DNA of 64,000 nucleotides, taken from the NCBI RefSeq assembly GCF_003018255.1, contig NZ_CP027440.1; one strand, 5' to 3'. Positions 1 to 10,245 of this stretch are shown in pieces; position 1 is the stretch's first letter; the number at the start of each line of letters is the position of its first letter. The position numbers and the translations under genes were made by a program. Source of the stretch: Escherichia coli (GTDB lineage Bacteria; Pseudomonadota; Gammaproteobacteria; Enterobacterales; Enterobacteriaceae). A model generated the notes under the pieces. The model searched no databases and was not told the DNA's origin. It saw nothing but the letters and a program-made list of their open reading frames with translations.

Positions 1-243
1 ATCTGCAACTTCCGTCTGGATTACGCTCCCATTGAGCAACAGTGGGATTTGCTCTTCGCTGATTACTTTGCCGAAGATCTCAAGCTGCTCGCCCCGTTAG
101 CAAAAGATGGGCTGGTGGATGTGGATGAGAAGGGAATACAGGTGACGGCGAAAGGTCGCTTGCTGATCCGCAACATTTGCATGTGCTTTGATACCTATCT
201 GCGCCAGAAAGCGCGGATGCAGCAGTTCTCTCGGGTGATTTAA
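1..243 (+). CDS. hemN: Oxygen-independent coproporphyrinogen III oxidase HemN, C-terminal fragment (5' end outside window)
   Basis: Frame 1 is open from base 1 to TAA at 241-243. The translation (ICNFRLDYAPIEQQWDLLFADYFAEDLKLL...QQFSRVI) matches my recollection of the HemN C-terminus, and the position next to glnLG is the same as in K-12. Confidence 0.85.
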   Translation: MCNFRLDYAPIEQQWDLLFADYFAEDLKLLAPLAKDGLVDVDEKGIQVTAKGRLLIRNICMCFDTYLRQKARMQQFSRVI

Positions 244-310
244 ATTGTGAATGGCGCTTCGTTTACAAAGTAGAAAACGAAAGCGCCATCAATGTGCTGA
301 GAACAAGATT

Positions 311-400
311 GCCTGATGCGCTACGCTTATCAGGCCTGCAAAATCTGTTGAAAATATTGCTTTTGTAGGCCGGATAAGGCGTTCACGCCGCATCCGGCAT
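311..400. repeat. REP/BIME element (two REP units in opposite orientation)
   Basis: GCCTGATGCG...CTTATCAGGCC and GTAGGCCGGATAAGGCG...CGCATCCGGCA palindromic units typical of enterobacterial REP sequences. Confidence 0.85.
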
Positions 401-432
401 GAACAAAGAGCACTTCATCAGCAATCTGAAAC

Positions 433-543
433 TCAACTAAACAGCCCAATCATCGCGGCACACAGCACGGCAGCAACAGCAGTTTGCGGTGTGTGGCTGT
501 CAACTGCGCCACTCGATACCAGATTAATTATTGATTCCAGCAT
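433..543 (-). CDS. yshB: Small membrane protein YshB (36 aa)
   Basis: Not in the ORF track (too short). The reverse strand reads GGAGAG-N5-ATG, then MLESIINLVSSGAVDSHTPQTAVAAVLCAAMIGLFS, then stop. This matches the K-12 small protein located between hemN and glnG. Confidence 0.6.
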   Translation of the reverse strand: MLESIINLVSSGAVDSHTPQTAVAAVLCAAMIGLFS

Positions 544-654
544 AATGACTCTCCCCGTTTTCCGGGCAAGATCATACTGAACTTATCGGAACAGTAAAGC
601 GCAAAACACCAGCAATTTGCGCTCAATAATCAATCTTTACACACAAGCCGTGAA

Positions 655-2064
655 TCACTCCATCCCCAGCTCTTTTAACTTCCGCGTCAGAGTGTTACGC
701 CCCCAGCCGAGTAGCCGCGCCGCTTCCTGTTTATGCCCTTGCGTATGTCGCAACGCGGTCGTCAGTAACGTCCGCTCCAGCTCAGGCTGCGCTTCGGAAA
801 GCAGATTTTGATGACCGGAACGCAGCGCTCTGTCTGCCCACTGCGCTAAAAGTGTCGCCCAACTGTCCGGTTGCATTTGAGAAGTACTCTCCGCAACCGT
901 TGATTCAAACAGTTCACCGGGCAAATCCTGAATCAACACTTCCTGCCCGGCGGCCATCACCGTTAGCCAGCGACAGGTGTTTTCCAGCTGGCGCACGTTC
1001 CCCGGCCACGCCAGGCGCGTCAGCGCGGCTTCGGTTTCCGGATGCAGCAACTTCGCTTCTACGCCCAGTTCGCGCGCGGCAACCTGTAAAAAATGGCGTG
1101 CCAGACGGGGAATATCTTCCCGACGCTCACGCAGTGGCGGCAGATGAACGCGGATGACGTTCAGGCGGTGGAACAGATCCTCACGGAACTTACCTTCCTG
1201 CACCCGCTGTTCAAGATTCTGGTGAGTGGCAGCGATAATCCGCACATCTACTTTCACCGGCGCATAGCCGCCAACGCGATAAAACTGACCATCTGCCAGT
1301 ACGCGCAGCAAACGCGTCTGCACATCCAGCGGCATATCGCCAATTTCATCGAGGAATAATGTGCCACCATCAGCCTGTTCAAAACGCCCCTGACGAATGG
1401 TATTCGCGCCGGTAAATGCGCCTTTCTCGTGACCAAACAGTTCGGATTCGATCAAATCCTTCGGGATAGCCGCCATATTGAGCGCGATAAACGGCGCTTT
1501 GGCTCGCGGACTGTGGCGATGCAGGGCATGAGCGACCAGTTCTTTACCGGTGCCGGACTCGCCGTTAATCAGCACGCTAATAGAAGAACGCGAAAGCCGA
1601 CCGATAATCCGGAACACGTCCTGCATGGCTGGCGCTTCACCGATGATATCGGTCGTTGGGCCGTTAAGCTGAACATTACGCGGCTGCTGCTGTTCCTGGT
1701 AATGACTGATGGCGCGCTCAACCAGCGCCACGGCTTCGTCGATATCAAACGGTTTGGGCAGATAATCAAATGCCCCTTGTTGATAGGCGCTGACGGCAGC
1801 ATCCAGATCGGAATGTGCGGTCATAATGATGACCGGAAGCATCGGATGGCGCTGTTTAATCTGCTTGAGCAGCGCCAGCCCGTCCATTCCCGGCATACGG
1901 ATATCTGAAAGCAGCACATCCGGCGTTTTGCTCGCCAGCGCCTCCAGTACCTCCGCGCCGTTCTCAAATGTTGTACAGGTTAAACCCGCTCCAGCGAGCG
2001 CACGTTCAAGCACCCAACGGATGGAACTATCGTCATCGACTACCCAGACTATCCCTCGTTGCAT
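655..2064 (-). CDS. glnG: Nitrogen regulation response regulator NtrC (sigma54 enhancer-binding protein)
   Basis: ORF 655-2124. I place the start at [12 protein letters not shown] (ATG at 2062-2064), giving the 469-aa K-12 length. Receiver domain, AAA+ GESGTGKE and GAFTGA motifs, and a C-terminal HTH are present. Confidence 0.97.
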   Translation of the reverse strand: MQRGIVWVVDDDSSIRWVLERALAGAGLTCTTFENGAEVLEALASKTPDVLLSDIRMPGMDGLALLKQIKQRHPMLPVIIMTAHSDLDAAVSAYQQGAFDYLPKPFDIDEAVALVERAISHYQEQQQPRNVQLNGPTTDIIGEAPAMQDVFRIIGRLSRSSISVLINGESGTGKELVAHALHRHSPRAKAPFIALNMAAIPKDLIESELFGHEKGAFTGANTIRQGRFEQADGGTLFLDEIGDMPLDVQTRLLRVLADGQFYRVGGYAPVKVDVRIIAATHQNLEQRVQEGKFREDLFHRLNVIRVHLPPLRERREDIPRLARHFLQVAARELGVEAKLLHPETEAALTRLAWPGNVRQLENTCRWLTVMAAGQEVLIQDLPGELFESTVAESTSQMQPDSWATLLAQWADRALRSGHQNLLSEAQPELERTLLTTALRHTQGHKQEAARLLGWGRNTLTRKLKELGME

Positions 2065-2075
2065 AAACGTCACCT

Positions 2076-3125
2076 TTATTTCCTGATAGGCAGGTAAACC
2101 GAGAACTCGGTATGACCTGGCCAACTGGTAAATTCAATTTTGCCTGAATGCTGATCAATCAAATTACGGGCGATGGATAAGCCAAGCCCGGTGCCACCTT
2201 CGCGGCCGCTGACCATCGGGTAAAACAGCGTATCCTGCAAATGAGGCGGAATACCTGGCCCGTTATCTTCCACATCAATTCGCGCCGCCAGCCGATAGCG
2301 CTCGCCGTGTAAGGTCAGTTGAAACGCTGTGCGGGTACGCAGAATGATTTCACCACCCTCCGGCCCCAGCGCCTGTAGCGCATTGCGCACAATATTCAGC
2401 AAGACCTGTTCAATTTGATCCGGGTCGTGCGCCAGTTCCGGCAGGCTGGGGTCGTAATCCCGAATCAACCGCACGTTGTCCGGCAGTTCCATCGACACCA
2501 GCGTCACCACGCGTTCAGCTACTTTATGAATACTTTCGGTAACGCGCGTACCGGGCAGTTGCGGTCCCAACAGACGGTCGACCAGATTTCGCAGCCGGTC
2601 CGCCTGTTCGATAATCACTTTGGTATATTCGAGTAGTGACGGGTCAGGTAATGCTTTGCTGAGCAGCTGCGCCGCGCCACGTAAACCGCCAAGCGGATTT
2701 TTAATCTCATGTGCCAGGCCGCGCACTAAATCACGGGCAGCAACCTGCTGGGCGTGCTGTAGCTGTTCCTGACTTAAGCGGCGCTGGTTATCCATCGGTG
2801 CCATCTCCAGCAGGATCATGCCGTCCGGCATACGCTGGGCCGTCACAGAAAGGATATGCGAGCGCCCGTCGATGACCAGCGTCACTTCGTTATCAGTAAA
2901 ACCTTGCCCCGCCTCCAGACTTTCTTGCATCAGCTCGATATTTAATGAGAAGTAGCTCAACAGTTCCGGTAACGGTGTACCAAACAATTTGCGGGAGCTT
3001 TGGGCGAGCAGTTGTTGCGCGGCGGGGTTGGCGTAATGGATCGCCAGGTTGTCATCGATTAACAAAATACTGTTAATCAGCGAGTTGAGGATCTGCCCAG
3101 CATCGGGCTGCGTGCCTGTTGCCAT
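2076..3125 (-). CDS. glnL: Nitrogen regulation sensor histidine kinase NtrB
   Basis: 349-aa ORF with an H-box (HEIKNPLGG) and N/G boxes. It lies directly upstream of glnG, as in the glnALG operon. Confidence 0.97.
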
Positions 3126-3212
3126 AAAGCAGTCTCCTGAACAGGTTGCACCATTTTAGTGCATTATAGCTTTTTACGGATAAAAAGCGCGAAGCATCAG
3201 AGAATTGACGGA

Positions 3213-3238
3213 GAAAAAAGCCCATGCAGAGATGGGCT
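3213..3238 (-). terminator. Rho-independent terminator downstream of glnA
   Basis: On the minus strand, AGCCCAT-CTCTGC-ATGGGCT is followed by TTTTTT. A second hairpin, CCCGGCG-N6-CGCCGGG, lies at 3262-3281. Confidence 0.8.
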
Positions 3239-3298
3239 GAAAGTTTCCACGGCAACTAAATCCCGGCGTTGTTGCGCCGGGTAGTACAACTTCAACTA
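3213..3298 (-). ncRNA. glnZ: glnA 3'UTR; candidate GlnZ-type 3'UTR-derived sRNA
   Basis: An 86-nt 3'UTR with two hairpins ends at the glnA terminator. A 3'UTR-derived sRNA (GlnZ) has been described for enterobacterial glnA. The processing site cannot be read from the sequence. Confidence 0.4.
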
Positions 3299-4708
3299 TT
3301 AGACGCTGTAGTACAGCTCAAACTCTACCGGGTGCGGAGTCATACGCACGCGGTCATCTTCTTCGCGACGCAGAGCGATGTACGCATCGATCGCTTCATC
3401 AGTGAACACGCCACCGGCTTTCAGGAACTCACGGTCCAGATCCAGTTCGTTCAGTGCTTCTTCCAGAGAACCAGCAACCTGTGGGATCTCTTTCGCTTCT
3501 TCCGGCGGCAGGTCATACAGGTTTTTGTCCATCGCTTCGCCCGGATGGATCTTGTTCTTGATACCGTCAAGACCGGCCATCAGCAGGGCAGCAAAGCACA
3601 GGTACGGGTTAGCCGCCGGGTCCGGGAAACGTACTTCGATACGACGTGCTTTCGGAGAAGAAACCACTGGAATACGGATAGACGCAGAACGGTTACGCGC
3701 AGAGTAAGCCAGCATTACCGGTGCTTCGTAGCCCGGGACCAGACGCTTGTAAGAGTTGGTGGTCGGGTTTGCCAGGGCGTTAATCGCTTTCGCGTGTTTG
3801 ATGACGCCGCCAATGTAGTACAGCGCCTGTTCAGACAGACCTGCATATTTGTCGCCCGCGAACAGGTTAACGCCATTTTTAGCCAGCGACATATGGCAGT
3901 GCATACCGGAGCCGTTATCACCGAACATCGGTTTTGGCATAAAGGTCGCGGTTTTACCGAAGCGGTGCGCTACGTTGTGCACAACATATTTGTAGATCTG
4001 AATTTCGTCAGCTTTTTTGGTCATGGTATTGAAGCGGGTAGCCACTTCGTTCTGACCAGCAGTCGCTACTTCGTGGTGATGGGCTTCAACCACCAGACCC
4101 ATCTGTTCCATCACCAGACACATTTCAGAACGAATATCCTGAGCAGAGTCTACCGGCGGAACCGGGAAGTAACCGCCTTTCACTGCCGGACGGTGACCTT
4201 TGTTACCACCTTCGTATTGGGTGGAGGAGTTCCATGCGCCTTCGATATCGTCGATAGCAACGTGAGAACCGGAGATAGATGATCCGAAACGGATGTCATC
4301 GAACAGGAAGAATTCAGGTTCTGGCCCGAACAGTACGGTGTCGGCAATGCCAGTGGAACGCAGGTAATCTTCGGCGCGCTTCGCAATAGAGCGCGGGTCA
4401 CGGTCATAGCCTTGCAGGGTGCCAGGTTCAAGGATGTCGCAACGGATAATCAGGGTAGAATCGGCGAAGAACGGGTCAATCACTGCGGTGGATGCGTCTG
4501 GCATCAGCACCATGTCGGATTCGTTAATGCCTTTCCAGCCGCCAATCGAGGAGCCGTCAAACATTTTGCCTTCTTCGAAGAATTCAGCATTCACCTGATG
4601 AGCAGGGATAGTGACGTGCTGTTCTTTACCTTTGGTATCGGTGAAGCGCAAATCAACAAACTTCACTTCGTGCTCGTTCAGCATCGTCAGTACGTGTTCA
4701 GCGGACAT
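3299..4708 (-). CDS. glnA: Glutamine synthetase
   Basis: 469-aa ORF with a full-length match to GlnA ([24 protein letters not shown]...). The adenylylation-site region NLYDLP is present. Confidence 0.98.
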   Translation of the reverse strand: MSAEHVLTMLNEHEVKFVDLRFTDTKGKEQHVTIPAHQVNAEFFEEGKMFDGSSIGGWKGINESDMVLMPDASTAVIDPFFADSTLIIRCDILEPGTLQGYDRDPRSIAKRAEDYLRSTGIADTVLFGPEPEFFLFDDIRFGSSISGSHVAIDDIEGAWNSSTQYEGGNKGHRPAVKGGYFPVPPVDSAQDIRSEMCLVMEQMGLVVEAHHHEVATAGQNEVATRFNTMTKKADEIQIYKYVVHNVAHRFGKTATFMPKPMFGDNGSGMHCHMSLAKNGVNLFAGDKYAGLSEQALYYIGGVIKHAKAINALANPTTNSYKRLVPGYEAPVMLAYSARNRSASIRIPVVSSPKARRIEVRFPDPAANPYLCFAALLMAGLDGIKNKIHPGEAMDKNLYDLPPEEAKEIPQVAGSLEEALNELDLDREFLKAGGVFTDEAIDAYIALRREEDDRVRMTPHPVEFELYYSV

Positions 4709-4791
4709 ACTTTAACTCTCCTGGATTGGTCATGGTCGTCGTGGTAACGAAATCTGCAATTATTTTGGCCGTGTCGCCGTAAAAAAGATAA

Positions 4792-4807
4792 AGCGAAAAC
4801 TGTGCCA
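4792..4807 (-). promoter_or_regulatory. sigma54 promoter glnAp2
   Basis: The minus strand reads TGGCACAGTTTTCGCT (GG-N10-GC), about 85 nt upstream of the glnA ATG. Confidence 0.75.
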
Positions 4808-4861
4808 ACTTTTAAATTGCCCCTAAAAGGCGTTATCATGCTTAACATCGTGCAAAAGGGC

Positions 4862-4929
4862 TGCACCATGATGTGAATGTTGCACCAATATAGTGCTTCA
4901 ATGGAAACATTAAGCACCATATTGGTGCA
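4862..4929. promoter_or_regulatory. NtrC enhancer sites upstream of glnAp2
   Basis: Repeated TGCACC/GGTGCA half-sites, including GCACCATATTGGTGCA at 4914-4929 and TGCACCAATATAGTGC at 4881-4896. Confidence 0.6.
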
Positions 4930-5080
4930 ATGACCTTTGGATAACCCTTTTTATGCTCCGTGAAAGCGATCACAAAGGGACTCTGCAATACTTGTTTGCG
5001 GAGGATGTTTGTGATCCTGTTTTGTAGTGCGATTAATCCGTGTACAATAACGCGCTATTTCTAATGCCTGAGGCAAAGTT

Positions 5081-6904
5081 GTGATCGAAAAATTGCGTAA
5101 TATCGCCATCATCGCGCACGTAGACCATGGTAAAACCACCCTGGTAGACAAGCTGCTCCAACAATCCGGTACGTTCGACTCTCGTGCCGAAACCCAAGAG
5201 CGCGTGATGGACTCCAACGATTTGGAGAAAGAGCGTGGGATTACCATCCTCGCGAAAAACACCGCTATCAAATGGAATGATTACCGTATCAACATCGTTG
5301 ATACCCCGGGGCACGCCGACTTCGGTGGTGAAGTTGAACGTGTAATGTCCATGGTAGACTCAGTGCTGCTGGTGGTTGACGCATTTGACGGCCCGATGCC
5401 GCAAACGCGCTTCGTAACCAAAAAAGCGTTTGCTTACGGCCTGAAGCCGATTGTTGTTATCAACAAAGTTGACCGCCCTGGCGCGCGTCCTGATTGGGTT
5501 GTGGATCAGGTATTCGATCTGTTCGTTAACCTCGACGCGACCGACGAGCAGCTGGACTTCCCGATCGTTTACGCTTCTGCGCTGAACGGTATCGCGGGTC
5601 TGGACCACGAAGATATGGCGGAAGACATGACCCCGCTGTATCAGGCGATTGTTGACCACGTTCCTGCGCCGGACGTTGACCTTGACGGTCCGTTCCAGAT
5701 GCAGATTTCTCAGCTCGATTACAACAGCTATGTTGGCGTTATCGGCATTGGCCGCATCAAGCGCGGTAAAGTGAAGCCGAACCAGCAGGTTACTATCATC
5801 GATAGCGAAGGCAAAACCCGCAACGCGAAAGTCGGTAAAGTGCTGGGCCACCTCGGTCTGGAACGTATCGAAACCGATCTGGCGGAAGCTGGCGATATCG
5901 TGGCGATCACGGGCCTGGGCGAACTGAACATTTCTGACACCGTTTGCGACACGCAAAACGTTGAAGCGCTGCCGGCACTCTCCGTTGATGAGCCGACCGT
6001 TTCTATGTTCTTCTGCGTTAACACCTCGCCGTTCTGCGGTAAAGAAGGTAAGTTCGTAACGTCTCGTCAGATCCTGGATCGTCTGAACAAAGAACTGGTA
6101 CACAACGTTGCGCTGCGCGTAGAAGAAACCGAAGACGCCGATGCGTTCCGCGTTTCTGGTCGTGGCGAACTGCACCTGTCTGTTCTTATCGAAAACATGC
6201 GTCGTGAAGGTTTCGAACTGGCGGTATCCCGTCCGAAAGTAATCTTCCGTGAAATCGACGGTCGTAAACAAGAGCCGTATGAAAACGTGACGCTGGACGT
6301 TGAAGAACAGCATCAGGGTTCTGTGATGCAGGCGCTGGGCGAACGTAAAGGCGACCTGAAAAACATGAATCCAGACGGTAAAGGCCGCGTACGTCTCGAC
6401 TACGTGATCCCAAGCCGTGGTCTGATTGGCTTCCGTTCTGAGTTCATGACCATGACTTCCGGTACTGGTCTGCTGTACTCCACCTTCAGCCACTACGACG
6501 ACGTACGTCCGGGCGAAGTGGGTCAGCGTCAGAACGGTGTACTGATCTCTAACGGTCAGGGTAAAGCGGTCGCGTTCGCGCTGTTCGGTCTGCAGGATCG
6601 CGGTAAGCTGTTCCTCGGTCACGGTGCAGAAGTTTACGAAGGTCAGATTATCGGTATTCATAGCCGCTCTAACGACCTGACTGTAAACTGCCTGACCGGT
6701 AAGAAACTGACCAACATGCGTGCTTCCGGTACTGACGAAGCCGTTGTTCTGGTTCCGCCTATCCGCATGACTCTGGAACAAGCTCTGGAGTTCATCGATG
6801 ATGACGAACTGGTAGAAGTGACTCCGACCTCTATCCGTATTCGTAAACGTCACCTGACGGAAAACGATCGTCGTCGCGCCAACCGCGCACCGAAAGACGA
6901 TTAA
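5081..6904 (+). CDS. typA: Ribosome-dependent translational GTPase BipA/TypA
   Basis: 607-aa ORF with a GTG start. It has the [10 protein letters not shown]1 motif and DTPGH, and is colinear with EF-G-family TypA. Confidence 0.97.
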   Translation: MIEKLRNIAIIAHVDHGKTTLVDKLLQQSGTFDSRAETQERVMDSNDLEKERGITILAKNTAIKWNDYRINIVDTPGHADFGGEVERVMSMVDSVLLVVDAFDGPMPQTRFVTKKAFAYGLKPIVVINKVDRPGARPDWVVDQVFDLFVNLDATDEQLDFPIVYASALNGIAGLDHEDMAEDMTPLYQAIVDHVPAPDVDLDGPFQMQISQLDYNSYVGVIGIGRIKRGKVKPNQQVTIIDSEGKTRNAKVGKVLGHLGLERIETDLAEAGDIVAITGLGELNISDTVCDTQNVEALPALSVDEPTVSMFFCVNTSPFCGKEGKFVTSRQILDRLNKELVHNVALRVEETEDADAFRVSGRGELHLSVLIENMRREGFELAVSRPKVIFREIDGRKQEPYENVTLDVEEQHQGSVMQALGERKGDLKNMNPDGKGRVRLDYVIPSRGLIGFRSEFMTMTSGTGLLYSTFSHYDDVRPGEVGQRQNGVLISNGQGKAVAFALFGLQDRGKLFLGHGAEVYEGQIIGIHSRSNDLTVNCLTGKKLTNMRASGTDEAVVLVPPIRMTLEQALEFIDDDELVEVTPTSIRIRKRHLTENDRRRANRAPKDD

Positions 6905-6927
6905 TTTCGCTTTTCAGTCATAAAAAA

Positions 6928-6954
6928 CCTGCCATCGCTGGCAGGTTTTTTTTT
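6928..6954 (+). terminator. Rho-independent terminator of typA
   Basis: CCTGCCA-TCGC-TGGCAGG followed by T9. Confidence 0.85.
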
Positions 6955-7095
6955 ACCTGTCGTGAGCGCACACCAATGCGAGTATCTCCCTTATAAGTCT
7001 GTGATTACGTCAATAGAGAGCTTTGTCACAATTATCTGCAAAGTCATACGCCGTTAATTGCTTTCTTTTTTGGCGTAAGCGTAAGATGCCTCATC

Positions 7096-7107
7096 TGGTT
7101 TAAACCA
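7096..7107. promoter_or_regulatory. Candidate YihL (GntR/HutC-type) operator
   Basis: Perfect 12-bp palindrome TGGTTTAAACCA, 14 nt upstream of the yihL start. Its core GTTTAAAC fits the HutC-subfamily GTnTAnAC pattern. Confidence 0.35.
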
Positions 7108-7120
7108 AAAGGATTAAACA

Positions 7121-7831
7121 ATGGCGGAGAATCAATCCACCGTAGAAAATGCAAAAGAGAAACTGGATCGGTGGTTGAAAGATGGCATCACCACGCCGGG
7201 TGGAAAACTCCCTTCAGAAAGAGAGCTGGGAGAACTGCTGGGCATTAAACGTATGACGCTGCGCCAGGCGTTGTTGAACCTCGAGGCAGAATCCAAAATC
7301 TTCCGTAAGGATCGTAAAGGGTGGTTCGTGACCCAGCCGCGATTTAATTACAGTCCAGAGCTGTCGGCGAGCTTTCAGCGGGCTGCAATTGAGCAAGGGC
7401 GGGAGCCTTCCTGGGGGTTTACCGAGAAAAGCCGTACCAGAGATATTCCCGAGACGCTCGTGCCACTGATTACAGTGACACCATCAACTGAACTCTATCG
7501 CATCACCGGCTGGGGAGCGCTGGAAGGACATAAAGTTTTCTATCACGAAACATATATTAATCCTGAAGTTGCCCCGGGTTTTATTGAACAACTTGAAAAC
7601 CACTCATTTTCTGCAGTCTGGGAAAAGTGCTACCAAAAAGAGACGGTAGTAAAAAAATTGATTTTCAAACCCGTCAGAATGCCGGGCGATATCAGCAAGT
7701 ATCTTGGCGGTTCTGCGGGTATGCCAGCGATCTTAATTGAAAAGCATCGCGCCGACCAGCAAGGCAATATTGTCCAGATAGATATTGAATATTGGCGATT
7801 TGAGGCCGTAGACCTCATCATTAATCTGTAG
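7121..7831 (+). CDS. yihL: GntR-family (HutC/UTRA-type) transcriptional regulator YihL
   Basis: 236-aa ORF with an N-terminal winged HTH (LPSERELGELLGIKRMTLRQAL). Synteny with yihM and yihN. Confidence 0.9.
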   Translation: MAENQSTVENAKEKLDRWLKDGITTPGGKLPSERELGELLGIKRMTLRQALLNLEAESKIFRKDRKGWFVTQPRFNYSPELSASFQRAAIEQGREPSWGFTEKSRTRDIPETLVPLITVTPSTELYRITGWGALEGHKVFYHETYINPEVAPGFIEQLENHSFSAVWEKCYQKETVVKKLIFKPVRMPGDISKYLGGSAGMPAILIEKHRADQQGNIVQIDIEYWRFEAVDLIINL

Positions 7832-7838
7832 GTGTTTT

Positions 7839-8819
7839 ATGGTGACAATAAATAACGCAAGAAAGATTCTACAACGTGTCGACACTCTTCCTCTTTATTT
7901 ACATGCTTATGCCTTTCATTTAAATATGCGGCTGGAAAGAGTGTTGCCTGCTGATTTACTTGATATCGCAAGTGAAAATAATCTACGTGGCGTCAAAATC
8001 CATGTTCTGGATGGCGAGCGTTTTTCTCTTGGTAATATGGACGATAAAGAACTCTCTGCCTTTGGGGATAAAGCCCGCCGTCTGAACCTTGATATTCATA
8101 TTGAAACCAGCGCTTCAGATAAGGCATCTATTGACGAAGCCGTCGCCATTGCGTTGAAAACTGGGGCATCGTCCGTACGTTTTTATCCACGTTATGAAGG
8201 TAATTTGCGCGACGTATTATCGATCATCGCTAACGACATTGCCTATGTACGGGAAACGTATCAGGACAGCGGCCTGACTTTTACGATCGAACAGCATGAA
8301 GATTTAAAAAGCCATGAGCTGGTGTCGCTGGTCAAAGAAAGTGAGATGGAATCTCTTTCCTTACTGTTTGATTTTGCGAACATGATCAATGCAAATGAGC
8401 ATCCCATCGACGCTTTAAAAACGATGGCACCGCATATTACCCAGGTCCATATCAAAGATGCCTTGATCGTTAAAGAAGAGGGTGGCCTGGGTCATAAAGC
8501 CTGTATTTCAGGTCAGGGTGATATGCCGTTCAAAGCGTTATTAACGCACCTTATCTGCCTGGGTGATGATGAGCCGCAGGTGACGGCATATGGCCTGGAA
8601 GAAGAGGTTGATTACTATGCGCCGGCGTTCCGCTTTGAAGACGAAGATGATAATCCGTGGATCCCTTATCGCCAGATGAGTGAAACACCATTGCCAGAAA
8701 ATCATTTACTGGATGCGCGGTTACGTAAAGAAAAAGAAGATGCAATTAATCAGATAAATCATGTGCGTAATGTACTACAACAAATCAAACAAGAGGCAAA
8801 CCATCTTCTGAACAACTAA
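7839..8819 (+). CDS. yihM: Xylose-isomerase-like TIM-barrel protein (putative sugar-phosphate isomerase/epimerase) YihM
   Basis: 326-aa ORF starting 7 nt after the yihL stop. Length and position match K-12 YihM, whose function is unknown. Confidence 0.88.
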   Translation: MVTINNARKILQRVDTLPLYLHAYAFHLNMRLERVLPADLLDIASENNLRGVKIHVLDGERFSLGNMDDKELSAFGDKARRLNLDIHIETSASDKASIDEAVAIALKTGASSVRFYPRYEGNLRDVLSIIANDIAYVRETYQDSGLTFTIEQHEDLKSHELVSLVKESEMESLSLLFDFANMINANEHPIDALKTMAPHITQVHIKDALIVKEEGGLGHKACISGQGDMPFKALLTHLICLGDDEPQVTAYGLEEEVDYYAPAFRFEDEDDNPWIPYRQMSETPLPENHLLDARLRKEKEDAINQINHVRNVLQQIKQEANHLLNN

Positions 8820-8920
8820 TAAGTTTTAACTCATACGCTGTTAATAAAACCATTCCATATGAATGGTCGGTATCTTATTGCCTTTAAAACAGTGATTTTA
8901 AAAATCGCTTAGGGGATGTT

Positions 8921-10186
8921 ATGCTCACGAAAAAGAAATGGGCGTTATTTAGTCTATTAACATTGTGTGGCGGTACAATTTATAAATTACCGTCTCTGAA
9001 AGATGCGTTTTATATCCCGATGCAGGAATATTTCCATTTGACCAATGGTCAAATTGGTAATGCTATGTCGGTAAACTCATTTGTCACCACAGTGGGCTTT
9101 TTTCTGTCTATTTATTTTGCCGATAAACTACCGCGCAGATACACCATGTCATTCTCACTCATTGCGACAGGATTACTGGGTGTTTATTTGACGACAATGC
9201 CGGGGTATTGGGGCATCCTCTTTGTCTGGGCGCTATTTGGCGTTACTTGCGACATGATGAACTGGCCGGTCTTGCTCAAGTCGGTAAGTCGATTGGGCAA
9301 TAGCGAACAACAAGGTCGGTTGTTTGGCTTCTTCGAAACAGGGCGTGGCATTGTCGATACCGTGGTGGCATTTTCTGCGTTGGCAGTATTTACCTGGTTT
9401 GGCAGTGGCTTATTGGGTTTTAAAGCAGGCATCTGGTTCTATTCCCTTATTGTGATTGCCGTAGGCATTATCATTTTCTTTGTCCTGAATGACAAAGAAG
9501 AGGCACCGTCCGTTGAGGTGAAAAAAGAAGACGGAGCATCGCAAAACACCAGTATGACCTCGGTGCTGAGAGATAAAACCATCTGGCTTATCGCTTTCAA
9601 CGTCTTCTTCGTTTACGCGGTTTACTGTGGCCTAACATTCTTCATTCCATTCCTGAAAAACATCTATCTATTGCCCGTTGCTCTGGTGGGGGCTTACGGC
9701 ATCATTAACCAATACTGTCTGAAAATGATTGGAGGACCGATTGGTGGCATGATTTCAGATAAGATCCTGAAATCGCCGAGTAAATATCTATGCTACACCT
9801 TTATCATAAGTACCGCTGCGCTCGTACTGTTGATTATGCTGCCGCACGAAAGTATGCCGGTCTATTTAGGGATGGCATGTACGCTGGGCTTTGGCGCTAT
9901 AGTCTTCACACAGCGAGCCGTATTTTTTGCACCTATCGGCGAAGCAAAAATTGCTGAAAATAAAACAGGCGCGGCGATGGCGTTGGGTAGCTTTATTGGT
10001 TACGCCCCGGCGATGTTCTGCTTCAGTCTGTATGGCTACATTCTGGATTTAAATCCGGGGATTATTGGCTACAAAATCGTGTTTGGCATTATGGCCTGCT
10101 TCGCATTCTGTGGTGCGGTGGTTTCCGTAATGCTGGTTAAGCGTATTAGCCAACGTAAGAAAGAGATGCTGGCGGCTGAAGCTTAA
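8921..10186 (+). CDS. yihN: MFS transporter YihN
   Basis: 421-aa ORF, highly hydrophobic with a 12-TM pattern and a GGGG RBS. Matches K-12 YihN. Confidence 0.9.
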   Translation: MLTKKKWALFSLLTLCGGTIYKLPSLKDAFYIPMQEYFHLTNGQIGNAMSVNSFVTTVGFFLSIYFADKLPRRYTMSFSLIATGLLGVYLTTMPGYWGILFVWALFGVTCDMMNWPVLLKSVSRLGNSEQQGRLFGFFETGRGIVDTVVAFSALAVFTWFGSGLLGFKAGIWFYSLIVIAVGIIIFFVLNDKEEAPSVEVKKEDGASQNTSMTSVLRDKTIWLIAFNVFFVYAVYCGLTFFIPFLKNIYLLPVALVGAYGIINQYCLKMIGGPIGGMISDKILKSPSKYLCYTFIISTAALVLLIMLPHESMPVYLGMACTLGFGAIVFTQRAVFFAPIGEAKIAENKTGAAMALGSFIGYAPAMFCFSLYGYILDLNPGIIGYKIVFGIMACFAFCGAVVSVMLVKRISQRKKEMLAAEA

Positions 10187-10190
10187 TTAG

Positions 10191-10215
10191 TGGCCGGATG
10201 TGCTTAATCCGGCCA
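10191..10215. terminator. Stem-loop between convergent yihN and the DeoR-family regulator gene
   Basis: TGGCCGGAT-N7-ATCCGGCCA, a 9-bp stem. It has no clear T-tract, so it is probably a bidirectional terminator or REP-like hairpin. Confidence 0.5.
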
Positions 10216-10245
10216 ACGAAAACCGTATCAACCGAAGTTTCAATT

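Noticed and set aside
5360-6853. A 497-aa ORF antisense to typA. Similar long antisense ORFs occur at 3269-4282 in glnA, 27114-28298 in fdoG, 24728-25504 in fdhE, 48173-48901 in pfkA, 51300-51959 in tpiA, 42463-43077 in kdgT, 61244-62239 in hslU and 62824-63321 in ftsN.
   Set aside because: These are shadow ORFs on the opposite strand of strongly codon-biased, well-recognised genes. Their translations are low-complexity and rich in R, H, V and F, they have no RBS, and they resemble no protein family I know.
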